A DNA stretch of 52,571 bases from an uncultured Verrucomicrobiota bacterium (GTDB lineage Bacteria; Verrucomicrobiota; Verrucomicrobiia; Palsa-1439): assembly GCA_903847335.1 (NCBI GenBank), contig CAINDI010000113.1, positions 1 to 52,571 of the forward strand, given 5' to 3'. Below, in pieces: positions 1 to 9,382 of the stretch. How positions within the stretch are numbered: the stretch's first letter is position 1; each line of letters begins with the position of its first letter. The notes beneath the pieces are model-generated. The model did no database searches and had not been told where the DNA came from. It saw only the letters and a program-made list of their open reading frames with translations. The translations under genes and the position numbers were made by a program.

Positions 1-133
1 CTGCGCCACCGGTGGCTTCCTCGACGCCGGTCGGTTGAACGATTCGGAACCGGAGTCCCATTTCACGAAGTAAGAATTCCCGGCGCGGTGACGCGCTCGC
101 GAGAATGATTTCCGGTTTGTGCAATACCGACAT
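1..133 (-). CDS. maf: Maf family nucleoside-triphosphate pyrophosphatase, N-terminal part (runs off the left edge)
   Basis: Not in the ORF track. Manual minus-strand translation from ATG 133 gives MSVLHKPEIILASASPRREFLLREMGLRFRIVQPTGVEE; ILASASPRR is the Maf signature. Confidence 0.9.
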   Translation of the reverse strand, partial: MSVLHKPEIILASASPRREFLLREMGLRFRIVQPTGVEEATGGA

Positions 134-155
134 GCCGAGTATCTTTCGCAAAAGT

Positions 156-1235
156 ATGGACAAAGTCGAGCATCTCTATTTGCACGTTCCGTTTTGCGCG
201 ACAAAGTGCCGGTACTGCGCCTTTTATTCCGAACCCGGCCAGACCGATAAGATGGAGGCGTTTGTGGCGGCGGTGCTGAAGGAGATGCAGCCGTGGGCGA
301 GCCGGCTCGCACCCAAAACGATTTTCGTCGGCGGCGGCACGCCGAGTTTGTTACCGGCGCCGTTGCTCCGGCCACTCTTGACCGGCTGGCCGCGAAATCC
401 AGAATTGATTGAATGGACGGTGGAATGCAATCCGGCCACGGTATCGCCGGAGAAGATTGCGGTGTTTCAGGAGGTTGGCGTGAACCGGATTTCGCTTGGC
501 GTGCAAGCGCTCGACGACGAGTTGCTGCAAATGCTCGGACGGATTCACACTGCGGCCACAGCGGTGGCGACGTACCGGGAGTTGCGCTCCGCCGGCTTTG
601 ACAATCTCAATCTCGATTTGATGTTCGGTTTGCCGGGGCAGACGCTAGAGCAATGGCGTGACACATTGTGCCGCGCCATCGAATTACAGCCGGAACATTT
701 TTCCACATATTGTCTAAGCTTCGAAGAAGACACGGAGTTTTGGAAACTCTTTCAAGCCGGTCACCTCCGGCACAACTCCGAGCAGGAATTGGCAATGTAT
801 GAGTTGACGATTGACACGCTCGCGGCGGCTGGTTACCGGCAATACGAAATCAGCAATTTCGCCAAACCCGGTTGCGAATGCCGGCACAACATCGCTGGCT
901 GGGAAGGCCGGGATTACCTCGGCGTTGGTCCGAGCGCGTGTTCGACGGTGGGCGACCGCCGGTGGCAAAATATTTCCGACATCGACCGGTATGTGGCCGG
1001 TCCGTGCGCACCGGCCTTTGCAGAACAGCTCACGCCGGAACTGCGCGCCGCCGAGTGTGCGGCATTTGGAATGCGGATGACTAACGGCGTTCCGGCGGAA
1101 TATGTGCGGGGTCGGTTTGACCGGCAAGTGACGCAGTTGCTCCAGGCTGATTTAGCGTACTGGCATGACGACCGGTTGCGCCCGACCCGGCGCGGAATTC
1201 TCTTCGCCGATGAAGTAGCGACAGAGTTTGTGTAA
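156..1235 (+). CDS. hemW: Radical SAM heme chaperone HemW (HemN-like)
   Basis: LYLHVPFCATKCRYCAF (CxxxCxxC), GGGTPS, NRISLGVQ, DLMFGLPGQ, YEISNFA, HN motifs. Start moved from 105 to ATG 156 because 105 overlaps maf. Confidence 0.9.
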   Translation: MDKVEHLYLHVPFCATKCRYCAFYSEPGQTDKMEAFVAAVLKEMQPWASRLAPKTIFVGGGTPSLLPAPLLRPLLTGWPRNPELIEWTVECNPATVSPEKIAVFQEVGVNRISLGVQALDDELLQMLGRIHTAATAVATYRELRSAGFDNLNLDLMFGLPGQTLEQWRDTLCRAIELQPEHFSTYCLSFEEDTEFWKLFQAGHLRHNSEQELAMYELTIDTLAAAGYRQYEISNFAKPGCECRHNIAGWEGRDYLGVGPSACSTVGDRRWQNISDIDRYVAGPCAPAFAEQLTPELRAAECAAFGMRMTNGVPAEYVRGRFDRQVTQLLQADLAYWHDDRLRPTRRGILFADEVATEFV

Positions 1236-1244
1236 ATTATTTGC

Positions 1245-2204
1245 GTGAATTTGCGGCGCATTCGGGAGTACCTTACCGGCGTTATGGGCAAGCCACCGGC
1301 AGACATTGTAAAAAAACTGGTCGAATCGTTTCATAAGCACGGCGGGATTAATCATCTCGATCAGGCGAATCTTCCGTCGCGCGAAGCGGTGGTGGCCATC
1401 ACACGCAATTTGCTGCGGCTGGTTTTCCCGGGATTTTACGACGACGAAATTCATTCGAATCAAGTCGTCGCTTTCACCACACAACTGGTGGAAACCATCC
1501 GGCAAGAACTGTTGCGCGAATTGTACAAGAGTCTCGTCTACCGGCCTGCTGACAAAAGTAATTTAGCCGGAACAGCCGAACGCATCACGAACGAATTTCT
1601 CGCGGAGCTACCGGCGGTACGCGCGACATTGCAAACCGATGTGACCGCCGCCTATGAAGGCGATCCGGCGGCCATCAGCAATGAGGAAATCATTCTGGCG
1701 TATCCCGGCATCGAAGCGATTGCCGTGCAGCGTATGGCGCATTTGCTGTACCGGCAGCATGTCGCATTGATTCCGCGCATCATGACGGAATGGGCGCACA
1801 ACAAAACCGGCATTGATATTCATCCCGGTGCGCAAATCGGTTCGCACTTTTTTATCGATCACGGCACCGGTGTCGTCGTCGGTGAAACGAGCGTCATCGG
1901 TCAACGCGTGAAGATTTATCAAGGTGTGACACTCGGCGCGAAAAGTTTTCCGAAAGATGCCCAAGGCCGCGTCGTCAAAGGCATCAAGCGCCATCCGAAT
2001 ATCGAAGACGACGTGACGATTTATGCCGGCGCGACAATTCTCGGCGATGTCACCATCGGTCGCGGTTCGATTATTGGCGGCAGCGTCTGGCTGCTCGACT
2101 CCGTGCCGCCCGGCACCGTTGTTTATCACGAAGGTGGTCAGACTAAAATGAAACACGCCGCCAAAGACCGCGACAAAATGGTCGGCCACGCCACCGGCCA
2201 ATGA
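1245..2204 (+). CDS. cysE: Serine O-acetyltransferase (CysE/EpsC type)
   Basis: GDPAA, YPG, TGIDIHPGA, FFIDHGTGVVVGET, KRHP left-handed beta-helix motifs. The true start may be ATG 1284. Confidence 0.9.
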   Translation: MNLRRIREYLTGVMGKPPADIVKKLVESFHKHGGINHLDQANLPSREAVVAITRNLLRLVFPGFYDDEIHSNQVVAFTTQLVETIRQELLRELYKSLVYRPADKSNLAGTAERITNEFLAELPAVRATLQTDVTAAYEGDPAAISNEEIILAYPGIEAIAVQRMAHLLYRQHVALIPRIMTEWAHNKTGIDIHPGAQIGSHFFIDHGTGVVVGETSVIGQRVKIYQGVTLGAKSFPKDAQGRVVKGIKRHPNIEDDVTIYAGATILGDVTIGRGSIIGGSVWLLDSVPPGTVVYHEGGQTKMKHAAKDRDKMVGHATGQ

Positions 2205-3304
2205 ACCGGATTTACGCCGACTACAACGCCACCACACCGCTAGCTCCGGTGGTGTTGGAGGCGATGTTGCCCTATCTCCGTGACCAATTTGGCAATGCCA
2301 GCAGTGCGCATTTTTTCGGCCGGGAAGCGCGGGCGGCGATTGACGATGCGCGGGTTCGTGTCGCCCGGCAACTCGGCGCGCAGGAAAGTGAAATCATTTT
2401 TACCGGTGGCGGCACCGAAGCTGACAACGCCGTGATTTTCGGTGTGCGCCCCGGTCACATCATCACCAGCGAGATTGAACATCACGCCATCTTGCACGCG
2501 TGCCGGCAGCGGACCGATTGCGAAATTACCTATTTACCGGTCGACCGAGATTGCCGGGTGAATCCCGCCGATTTGCAGCGCGCGCTCCGGGACGACACCG
2601 TGCTCGTCTCCATCATGTCCGCCAATAATGAGACCGGTACAATTCAACCGGTGAAAGAACTCGCCGCCATCTGCCGGCAGCGCGGTGTGCCATTTCACAC
2701 CGATGCCATTCAATCGTTTGGCAAGCAGCCGGTGAACGTGAACGATTGGAATGTGGATTTGCTCAGCTTGAGCGCGCATAAATTTTATGGTCCGAAGGGC
2801 ACCGGCGTGTTGTATTGCCGGCGTGGTGTGAAACTGAATCCATTGCTCGTCGGCGGCAGTCACGAAAACGAGCGGCGCGCCGGTACGGAAAATGTGGCCG
2901 GTATCGTCGGCTTGGCGCGAGCGATGGAATTGCCGGTGGTGAATTTATTTGAGTTAACTGAAACGCTGGCGGCCGGTATTGCGGCGAAGATTCCCGGGGC
3001 GCACCGGAATGGTCACGCGACGTTGCGGGCCGGTAACACGGTGAATTTTAGTTTCGCCGGTTGCGAGACGAGCGGGTTGATTCTCGGTTTGGATTTGGAA
3101 GGTGTGGCGGTCTCGAGCGGTTCGGCGTGTGCGGTCGGTTCGCTGGAGCCGTCGCACGTTTTGACGGCGATGGGTTTGCCGCGCGAGTTGGCACGGGCGG
3201 CGGTGCGTTTCAGTTTTGGGAAAGATACAATGCCGGTAGATGTTAGCCGAGTGTTGGATGCGTTGGTGAAAGTGGTCACGCGTTTGCGCGCTTTTACTGC
3301 TTAA
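2201..3304 (+). CDS. Cysteine desulfurase (group I, NifS/IscS-like)
   Basis: YADYNATTP, FTGGGTEADN, HTDAIQ, SAHKFYGPKG (PLP Lys), SSGSAC (catalytic Cys). ATGA overlap with cysE. Confidence 0.92.
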   Translation: MNRIYADYNATTPLAPVVLEAMLPYLRDQFGNASSAHFFGREARAAIDDARVRVARQLGAQESEIIFTGGGTEADNAVIFGVRPGHIITSEIEHHAILHACRQRTDCEITYLPVDRDCRVNPADLQRALRDDTVLVSIMSANNETGTIQPVKELAAICRQRGVPFHTDAIQSFGKQPVNVNDWNVDLLSLSAHKFYGPKGTGVLYCRRGVKLNPLLVGGSHENERRAGTENVAGIVGLARAMELPVVNLFELTETLAAGIAAKIPGAHRNGHATLRAGNTVNFSFAGCETSGLILGLDLEGVAVSSGSACAVGSLEPSHVLTAMGLPRELARAAVRFSFGKDTMPVDVSRVLDALVKVVTRLRAFTA

Positions 3305-3309
3305 AATTT

Positions 3310-5145
3310 ATGAAAACATTAACCAGCGATGTGGCGATTGTGGGTGGTGGTCTCGGTGGTGTGGCTGCGGCGATTGTGTTGAGTGATTTAGGTGTTTCGG
3401 TCACTTTGACCGATGAGTTTGCATGGATTGGCGGGCAAGTGACTAGTCAAGCGTTGTGTGTGCTGGATGACTTGCACGACCCGATTGCTGAAACCATCGG
3501 AGTGACGCGGCGCTGCGCCGAGTTTCGGTCGCGGGTCCGGGATTGGTACCGGAAGCATTATGAGTTGTCAGCGTTTGCTCGTGGACAATTTCATTTCTGT
3601 CCCGGTAATGCCCGCTGTTCGCATCTTGCAGCGGAACCACAGGTCGCGCATGAGGTTATTCTCGCTTGGCTTCAACCGGCGGTTGCCGCTGGCCGGTTGA
3701 AAATATTGACCGGGTTTGCGCCGGTCTCAGCCGAGCGCAAAAATGATTTAGCACTTTCGGTGACTTGTGCGAATCGAACTTCCGGGGAACAGGTGAAAAT
3801 CGCCGCGAAATTTTTCCTCGATGGTACGGAATGTGGCGATACTTATCCGCTGTTCGGAATTCCTTACCGGATTGGAATCGAATCGCGTTCGGAGTTCGAC
3901 GAGCCGCACGCTCCGGCGCAGGCCGATCCGCGCGGAGTGCAAGCGTTCACCTACGGCATCGTGGTGGAATTTGTGCCGGGAGGAAACTTCGGCATTCCAA
4001 AACCTGTGAATTACGAATACTGGCGAGATCGCCAAGGTTTCTGGCTGAGTTCAGCCGGTGCGACGCAAGAGGAACCCGCTTATTTTTTTACGCCGCGCAT
4101 TCGTCGTGACGGTTTACGGATTATCCCATTTTGGAACTACCGGAGCGTGCTGGACACTCGCAATTTTGTGAAGCGCCCCGGGCTTTATGAGCGCGCGGTA
4201 ATCAATGTGAGTAGTAACGATTTTCACGATGAGGCATTTCTTGAGCATGCAAATCCAGAGAAAGTTTTAGCAGCGGCTAGAGAATTATCTGCTGCGTATC
4301 TTTATTGGCTACAGACCGAAGCACCGCGGGATGAGGGTGGTTATGGTTATCCGGAGCTTCGACCTGCGACGGAATGTACCGGTACGCCGGACGGGATTGC
4401 GCAGGCACCGTATGTTCGAGAAGGGCGTCGCCTCCGGTCGCCGTTTGTCGTGAGTGAATGCGATATTTCCAAGGCTTCGCAACCGGAGGCGCGGGCGCGA
4501 TTGTTTTCCGATTCGGTCGGCTTAGGTGGTTATGCCATTGATATTCACCAAAGTGCGGGACGACCGGAGGCGGGCGTTTGGCAAGACACGCGGCCGTACC
4601 AGATTCCGCTGAGTGCGTTGGTGACATCGGAATTACGGAATTTCGCGGTGGCCGGTAAAGGGATTGGTGTCACGCACATAACGAACGGCGCTTACCGGCT
4701 GCATCCCGAGGAGTGGGCGATTGGTGAAGCTGCCGGACGACTTGCCCAGTACGCGCTGGAACATGGAGTGCACGCTCACCTCAGTGGAAAAGATTTGTTT
4801 TCGTTTCAGCGCGCACTGATTCGGGACGGCACACCGGTGTATTGGTATGAAGATTTGGACAGCCGCGCACCCGGGTTTGAAGCAGCGCAGTTGCTTGCCA
4901 TTCGCGGAGTTTGGCCGGGAAGACCGGATCATCTCCGGTTTGATGGGCATATCAGCTTGTGTCGTTGCCGGGAGGAATTTTTAGCGGCCGTAGATCGCCT
5001 GTCACGCGCCGGTCTGGCGATGGAAGAATTTCGCGAGCCGCACCTGAACTCGCACGGAATCCGCAAGTACGATTTACTTTACAGTCTGCTGAATTGGATT
5101 GACGACCACGGCTGGCCGAAGGATTACCTGACTAGCGGCCGGTAA
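3310..5145 (+). CDS. FAD-dependent oxidoreductase (FAD_oxidored-like family), substrate unknown
   Basis: N-terminal GGGLGGVAAA Rossmann motif, GGQVTSQ, DGTECGD, PYVREGRR, YAIDIH, YQIPL, YRLHPEEWAIGEAAG. Confidence 0.8.
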   Translation: MKTLTSDVAIVGGGLGGVAAAIVLSDLGVSVTLTDEFAWIGGQVTSQALCVLDDLHDPIAETIGVTRRCAEFRSRVRDWYRKHYELSAFARGQFHFCPGNARCSHLAAEPQVAHEVILAWLQPAVAAGRLKILTGFAPVSAERKNDLALSVTCANRTSGEQVKIAAKFFLDGTECGDTYPLFGIPYRIGIESRSEFDEPHAPAQADPRGVQAFTYGIVVEFVPGGNFGIPKPVNYEYWRDRQGFWLSSAGATQEEPAYFFTPRIRRDGLRIIPFWNYRSVLDTRNFVKRPGLYERAVINVSSNDFHDEAFLEHANPEKVLAAARELSAAYLYWLQTEAPRDEGGYGYPELRPATECTGTPDGIAQAPYVREGRRLRSPFVVSECDISKASQPEARARLFSDSVGLGGYAIDIHQSAGRPEAGVWQDTRPYQIPLSALVTSELRNFAVAGKGIGVTHITNGAYRLHPEEWAIGEAAGRLAQYALEHGVHAHLSGKDLFSFQRALIRDGTPVYWYEDLDSRAPGFEAAQLLAIRGVWPGRPDHLRFDGHISLCRCREEFLAAVDRLSRAGLAMEEFREPHLNSHGIRKYDLLYSLLNWIDDHGWPKDYLTSGR

Positions 5146-5158
5146 ATTCAAAATTGTT

Positions 5159-5186
5159 TTGACCCTGCGCTGGAAAGTTGTATAGG
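5159..5186 (+). promoter_or_regulatory. Sigma70-type promoter of the tol-pal operon
   Basis: TTGACC-N16-TATAGG, with AGGAGG Shine-Dalgarno at about 5222 ahead of ATG 5236. Confidence 0.55.
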
Positions 5187-5235
5187 TATGACAGTCAAGC
5201 TGTTCCCCACGGCTTGCATCAAGGAGGCAGTTAGA

Positions 5236-5970
5236 ATGAATGCAGTAACAACCGGCGGCTTGCTTTGGGCGTTCCAGCAGGCTGACTTACAGGGCAAAGT
5301 GATTGTCGTGTTGCTTTGCGTCGGCTCCGCATTGACGTGGACGCTGATGCTCTCAAAATGGCAACAGTTTCGCCGTGCCCGGAAAACCGGCAGCGCGTTT
5401 CTCCTGCAGTTTCGCCGCGAACGCGATCCGTTGCATCTTTTCATCAATGGTTATCAGTTGCCGGAGTGTCCGCTCTACAACATTTACCGGCTCGGCGCGG
5501 AAGAAGTTTCGTCGCGATTCGGCAATGGGGCGAAGAAAAAAACCGGCCAACAGCCGGCGTTGTTCACCACGGACGCCGGTGTGGCGGTGGCGGAAACTGG
5601 CGTTGTAAATCTCGACACGCTCCGGAATGTTTTAGGGCGCGCGATTGATACCGAAGTGCTGCAACTCGAACAACACGTGAGCTGGCTCGGCACAGCGGTT
5701 CAAGGCGGACCGTTTCTGGGATTGCTCGGCAGCGCGTGGGGTGTGATGAGCGTGTTTGCGCAAATGGGAATTTACGGAACCGTCCGACTCGGCGCAGTCG
5801 CGCCCGGTATTTCAGCGGCGTTGCTGGCGACGGTGGTCGGCTTGCTCGTCGCGGTGCCGTCGTTGTTTGGTTACAACTGGGTCGCGCAAAGCATCCGGCA
5901 TCAGACGATGGAATTGGAAAATTTTGCCGACGAATTTCTGTCGGCAGTTGAACACAATTACACGACGTAA
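5236..5970 (+). CDS. tolQ: TolQ (MotA/TolQ/ExbB proton channel)
   Basis: GPFLGLLGSAWGVM and VAPGISAALLATVVGLLVAVP motifs; first gene of the tol-pal cluster. Start chosen at ATG 5236 after the SD. Confidence 0.88.
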   Translation: MNAVTTGGLLWAFQQADLQGKVIVVLLCVGSALTWTLMLSKWQQFRRARKTGSAFLLQFRRERDPLHLFINGYQLPECPLYNIYRLGAEEVSSRFGNGAKKKTGQQPALFTTDAGVAVAETGVVNLDTLRNVLGRAIDTEVLQLEQHVSWLGTAVQGGPFLGLLGSAWGVMSVFAQMGIYGTVRLGAVAPGISAALLATVVGLLVAVPSLFGYNWVAQSIRHQTMELENFADEFLSAVEHNYTT

Positions 5971-5973
5971 GCC

Positions 5974-6411
5974 ATGAACCGAACCGTCAGCCGCACGCGC
6001 CGTTACGGACACATGCACGAGATCCGCGAGATCAACGTGATGCCGTTGGTGGATTTGCTGCTGCAACTGTTCATCGCAGTGGTGATTTTCTTTCCGGTGG
6101 TCGAGTACGGCATGAATATCAATCTGCCAAAAGGCACGACCGACACCATCAAACGCGAGCAGACGCGGACGTTGTCCATCGACAAAGCTGGTAATATTTA
6201 TCTGAACGATGTGCGGAAAAGTATGGCGGAGTTGAAGCGTGAATTGCAGCCGCTCGCCAATCACAATCCGCCGGTGACGATTTTGGTGAAAGCCGACGAA
6301 GCCGACAATTACGGCAAGGTCATGGATGTGTTGAAACAATTGCACGCCGCCAAAATCACGCGCATCGCCTTGATGACGCAGGAAGAAAACGCGCCGAAGA
6401 CGGGCCGGTAA
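5974..6411 (+). CDS. tolR: TolR/ExbD
   Basis: EINVMPLVD TM motif, INLPK, KADEADNYGKVMDVL; follows tolQ. Confidence 0.88.
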   Translation: MNRTVSRTRRYGHMHEIREINVMPLVDLLLQLFIAVVIFFPVVEYGMNINLPKGTTDTIKREQTRTLSIDKAGNIYLNDVRKSMAELKRELQPLANHNPPVTILVKADEADNYGKVMDVLKQLHAAKITRIALMTQEENAPKTGR

Positions 6412-7298
6412 TGAATGCGTCCGCTAAACGGTACCGGCGAAATTTCATTATCGCGCTGCTGCTGCACGGCGGCGTGATTGTCGGCATCGTGGCGTGGGAA
6501 CAATTTTTCTCCGATGTGAGTTTTGCCCGTCCCAGCAGCGAAATTATCGAAGCCGATATTCTTGGTGAGTTACCGGCCGGTACCGGGACCGGTCGCGGTT
6601 TGTACAAAGCACCGGAGCCAGCGGGTCCAGCGCCTGCCGTGCCGACTCCACCGGCGCAAAATCTAGCCGAAGATGAAGTCGCGACACCGGAACAAAAATC
6701 TGTCGCGCAATCCAAAGCGGATCCAAACGAAATTGCGATTCCGAAAAAATCGACGACGAAAAAACCAACTGTCGCCAGTACCGGTAAAAAATCAGTAACG
6801 AATACCACTGCGAAAGCCAGTGCGACCACCGGTGCTGGTAAAGGTTCGAGTGCGGAAGATATTAAAAACCGGTTTGCAAAAGCACTGGGTTCTTCGGCGG
6901 GCGGGACGCCGTATGGCGATGGCAAAGCCGCCGGTGGTGGTACCGGTAAGAGTGGGAAGATTGGTTCGCCGAGTGGCACGGCCGATGGTGTGGTGGGCGG
7001 GATTGGTCAGGGCACGCCGAACTGGCAGTATTATCAGCATGTTCACGATGCCTTATACGAAGCGTGGGACCAGCCGGGGACGGCGCTGGATAAACGGTTG
7101 ATGACGACGGTGGCGTTGCGGATTGCGCGGGATGGTTCGGTGACGGAGGCGACGGTGAAGGTGGGTTCGGGGAATAAACTGATGGATGATTCGGTGTTGG
7201 CGGCGGTGCGCAAAGTGCCGCGCCTTGAACCGCCACCTGACACTCTGGTGCGCGGAGCGTATGCAATCATTGCGGTGAACTTTCAAGTGGAGGGATAA
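6411..7298 (+). CDS. tolA: TolA/TonB-family energy transducer
   Basis: N-terminal TM with ALLLH, low-complexity P/A/K/G/T linker, and TonB_C-like C-terminus (IARDGSV...SGNKLMDDSVLAAV). Lies between tolR and tolB. Confidence 0.78.
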   Translation: MNASAKRYRRNFIIALLLHGGVIVGIVAWEQFFSDVSFARPSSEIIEADILGELPAGTGTGRGLYKAPEPAGPAPAVPTPPAQNLAEDEVATPEQKSVAQSKADPNEIAIPKKSTTKKPTVASTGKKSVTNTTAKASATTGAGKGSSAEDIKNRFAKALGSSAGGTPYGDGKAAGGGTGKSGKIGSPSGTADGVVGGIGQGTPNWQYYQHVHDALYEAWDQPGTALDKRLMTTVALRIARDGSVTEATVKVGSGNKLMDDSVLAAVRKVPRLEPPPDTLVRGAYAIIAVNFQVEG

Positions 7299-7299
7299 A

Positions 7300-8487
7300 A
7301 TGAAAAATTGGTTTTGGTTGGCGATTTGTTTGGTGGCGACCGGCGCGCAGGCGCAGGTGGATATCAAAAAGAATTTTGTGAAGAAATCGGTGGTGGTCAC
7401 CAGTTTCACCGGTGGCGCGAATGTGTCGGACGTGTTGAAGAACGATTTGCGATTATCCGGTTCGTTTGACATCAAGGCGGCCGGTGAGCCAGCGGAATAT
7501 TCCGTGAGTGGCAGCGCGGACGCGGCTGGCGTGAAATGTTTTGTGACGCAGACGGCGACGAAAGCGGTGGTGCTGGGACGTGCTTATGCGACCACCGGTA
7601 ATGCGCGAGCGACGGCGCATATCATTGCCGATGACATTGTGCAAACGGTCACTGGCCAGCGCGGGATTGCGCAGACGAAAATCGCGTTCATCTATTCGCC
7701 AAAGCGCGGCGTGAAGGAATTAGCGGTGATGGATTATGACGGCTTCAATGTGCGCGTCCTCACGCACGACGGCCGAATCAGTGGGCATCCGCGTTGGTCG
7801 CCGGACGGACGGAAGATTGCGTACACGAGTTACTGGAAAGGTTTTCCGGATGTGTTGGAAGCGGACTTGGCGACGAATCAGCGCCGGGTGTTGGCGAATT
7901 TTCCGGGGGTGAATTCCGGTGCGGATTATTCGCCAGACGGTCAGACGATTGCGTTGACGCTGAGCAAGGATGGCAATCCGGAATTGTACACGATGAACGC
8001 CGGTGGCGGTGGGTTGCGTCGGTTGACCTACACGAAGGGAGCGGAGTCGTCGCCGACTTGGTCGCCGGATGGTCAGACGATTGCGTATGTTAGCGATGAT
8101 CGAGGTTCGCCGCAGATTTATACAGTGAACCGCTCCGGTGGTGAGCCGACGCGATTGACGGTTTCGCCGGCGTATAACACCGAGCCAGAGTGGTCGCATC
8201 CACCGGCCGGCGCAGATGTAAAACCGATGTTGGCGGTGACGTCGCGGGTGGGAGGTAATTTTCAGGTGGGCGTGTACGATCCCGGCACGCAAGCGATAAC
8301 ACCGAAGGCCGCCGACGGCGATTGCACTGATCCGACTTGGGCGCCGGACGGACATCATTTAGTTTTTGCGAAAATCCACGGCTATCAGTCGCGTTTGTAT
8401 CTGCTTGACGTGCGGACAAATGAACAGGTAGAGTTGCCAGCAATCGCCGGAGAATCATCAGAGCCAGCGTGGGGATCGTGGCACTGA
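7300..8487 (+). CDS. tolB: TolB beta-propeller protein
   Basis: Signal peptide; AHIIADDIV...TKIAF; MDYDG; multiple PD40 repeats (PRWSPDG, YSPDG, PTWSPDG, PTWAPDG). Confidence 0.9.
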   Translation: MKNWFWLAICLVATGAQAQVDIKKNFVKKSVVVTSFTGGANVSDVLKNDLRLSGSFDIKAAGEPAEYSVSGSADAAGVKCFVTQTATKAVVLGRAYATTGNARATAHIIADDIVQTVTGQRGIAQTKIAFIYSPKRGVKELAVMDYDGFNVRVLTHDGRISGHPRWSPDGRKIAYTSYWKGFPDVLEADLATNQRRVLANFPGVNSGADYSPDGQTIALTLSKDGNPELYTMNAGGGGLRRLTYTKGAESSPTWSPDGQTIAYVSDDRGSPQIYTVNRSGGEPTRLTVSPAYNTEPEWSHPPAGADVKPMLAVTSRVGGNFQVGVYDPGTQAITPKAADGDCTDPTWAPDGHHLVFAKIHGYQSRLYLLDVRTNEQVELPAIAGESSEPAWGSWH

Positions 8488-8524
8488 TGCAAACAAAAAC
8501 ATATTTCACGAGAGGAAATTAAGT

Positions 8525-9076
8525 ATGCGTAACCGATTCACAGTCCAAGTCGTTGCCTTAACACTCATCGCCAGTTTCAGCCTGACCGGTTGCAGTTGGT
8601 GGCATAAACATTTCGGACCGAAGACCCCGGCGAATCAAAACAGTAGTGCGCAACCTGGACCGCTTGGTGGCGGAACGAGCGTAAGCACCGACATTCAACC
8701 AGGCGAGCGTCCCGACATGAATGGCCCGATGGATCGGACGCAATTTGCGGCGCAGGTTGTGTATTTTGATCTCGATAGCGCGAAGATTAAATCTAGCGAA
8801 TCCAGTAAAATCGAAGCCATTGCGACTGCGCTGAAAGGTAATGCTAAGAAATTGGTTATTGAAGGGCACACCGATGAACGGGGTACGGCCGAGTACAATC
8901 GTGCGCTTGGTGAAAAGCGTGCCGCTGCGGCTCGGGATGCGTTGGTCGCTGCCGGCGTCGCTGCAGACCGGATGACCACGGTTAGCTTTGGTAAAGATAA
9001 ACCGGTGGAGCCGTTGCACAATGCCGCCGCGTGGTCAAAAAATCGCCGGGCGGAATTCGTCGTTGCCGGGCAATAA
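8525..9076 (+). CDS. pal: Peptidoglycan-associated lipoprotein Pal
   Basis: Lipobox LTGC; VYFDLD, IEGHTDERGTAEYNRALGEKRA, SFGKDKP, NRRAEF. Confidence 0.93.
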   Translation: MRNRFTVQVVALTLIASFSLTGCSWWHKHFGPKTPANQNSSAQPGPLGGGTSVSTDIQPGERPDMNGPMDRTQFAAQVVYFDLDSAKIKSSESSKIEAIATALKGNAKKLVIEGHTDERGTAEYNRALGEKRAAAARDALVAAGVAADRMTTVSFGKDKPVEPLHNAAAWSKNRRAEFVVAGQ

Positions 9077-9090
9077 CTCCGATGCCGGCG

Positions 9091-9119
9091 TTGACAAAGC
9101 CAATGTGCGAATGTAGCGT
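9091..9119 (+). promoter_or_regulatory. Sigma70-type promoter of tatAC
   Basis: TTGACA-N17-TAGCGT, followed by AGGAAGG SD before ATG 9143. Confidence 0.6.
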
Positions 9120-9142
9120 GCGGCAGTAGGAAGGAAGTAATT

Positions 9143-9376
9143 ATGGTACTTGCGACACTCAGTGAATGGCACGTTATTTTAGCGTTGGTGATTGTTCTAC
9201 TGCTGTTTGGCGGTAAGAAATTGCCGGAATTGGCTCGCGGTTTAGGCGAGGCAATGAAGGAATTTAAGAAAGCGCAGCGTGATTTGCATGACGAGGCGGC
9301 GCAGGTCAAGCCGGTCGACCAACCGCAACCGCCGGCAGTGAAGACTGACACGCAAACTCCGCAAAAACCGGCCTAA
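9143..9376 (+). CDS. tatA: Twin-arginine translocase TatA
   Basis: [26 protein letters not shown]. Confidence 0.95.
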   Translation: MVLATLSEWHVILALVIVLLLFGGKKLPELARGLGEAMKEFKKAQRDLHDEAAQVKPVDQPQPPAVKTDTQTPQKPA

Positions 9377-9382
9377 GCGGCT

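Noticed and set aside
7790-8090. Repeated TCGCCGGA(C/T)GGTCAGACGATTGCGT-like segments as a DNA repeat or CRISPR
   Set aside because: They encode the TolB PD40 (SPDG) protein repeats; there is no spacer structure and no cas gene.
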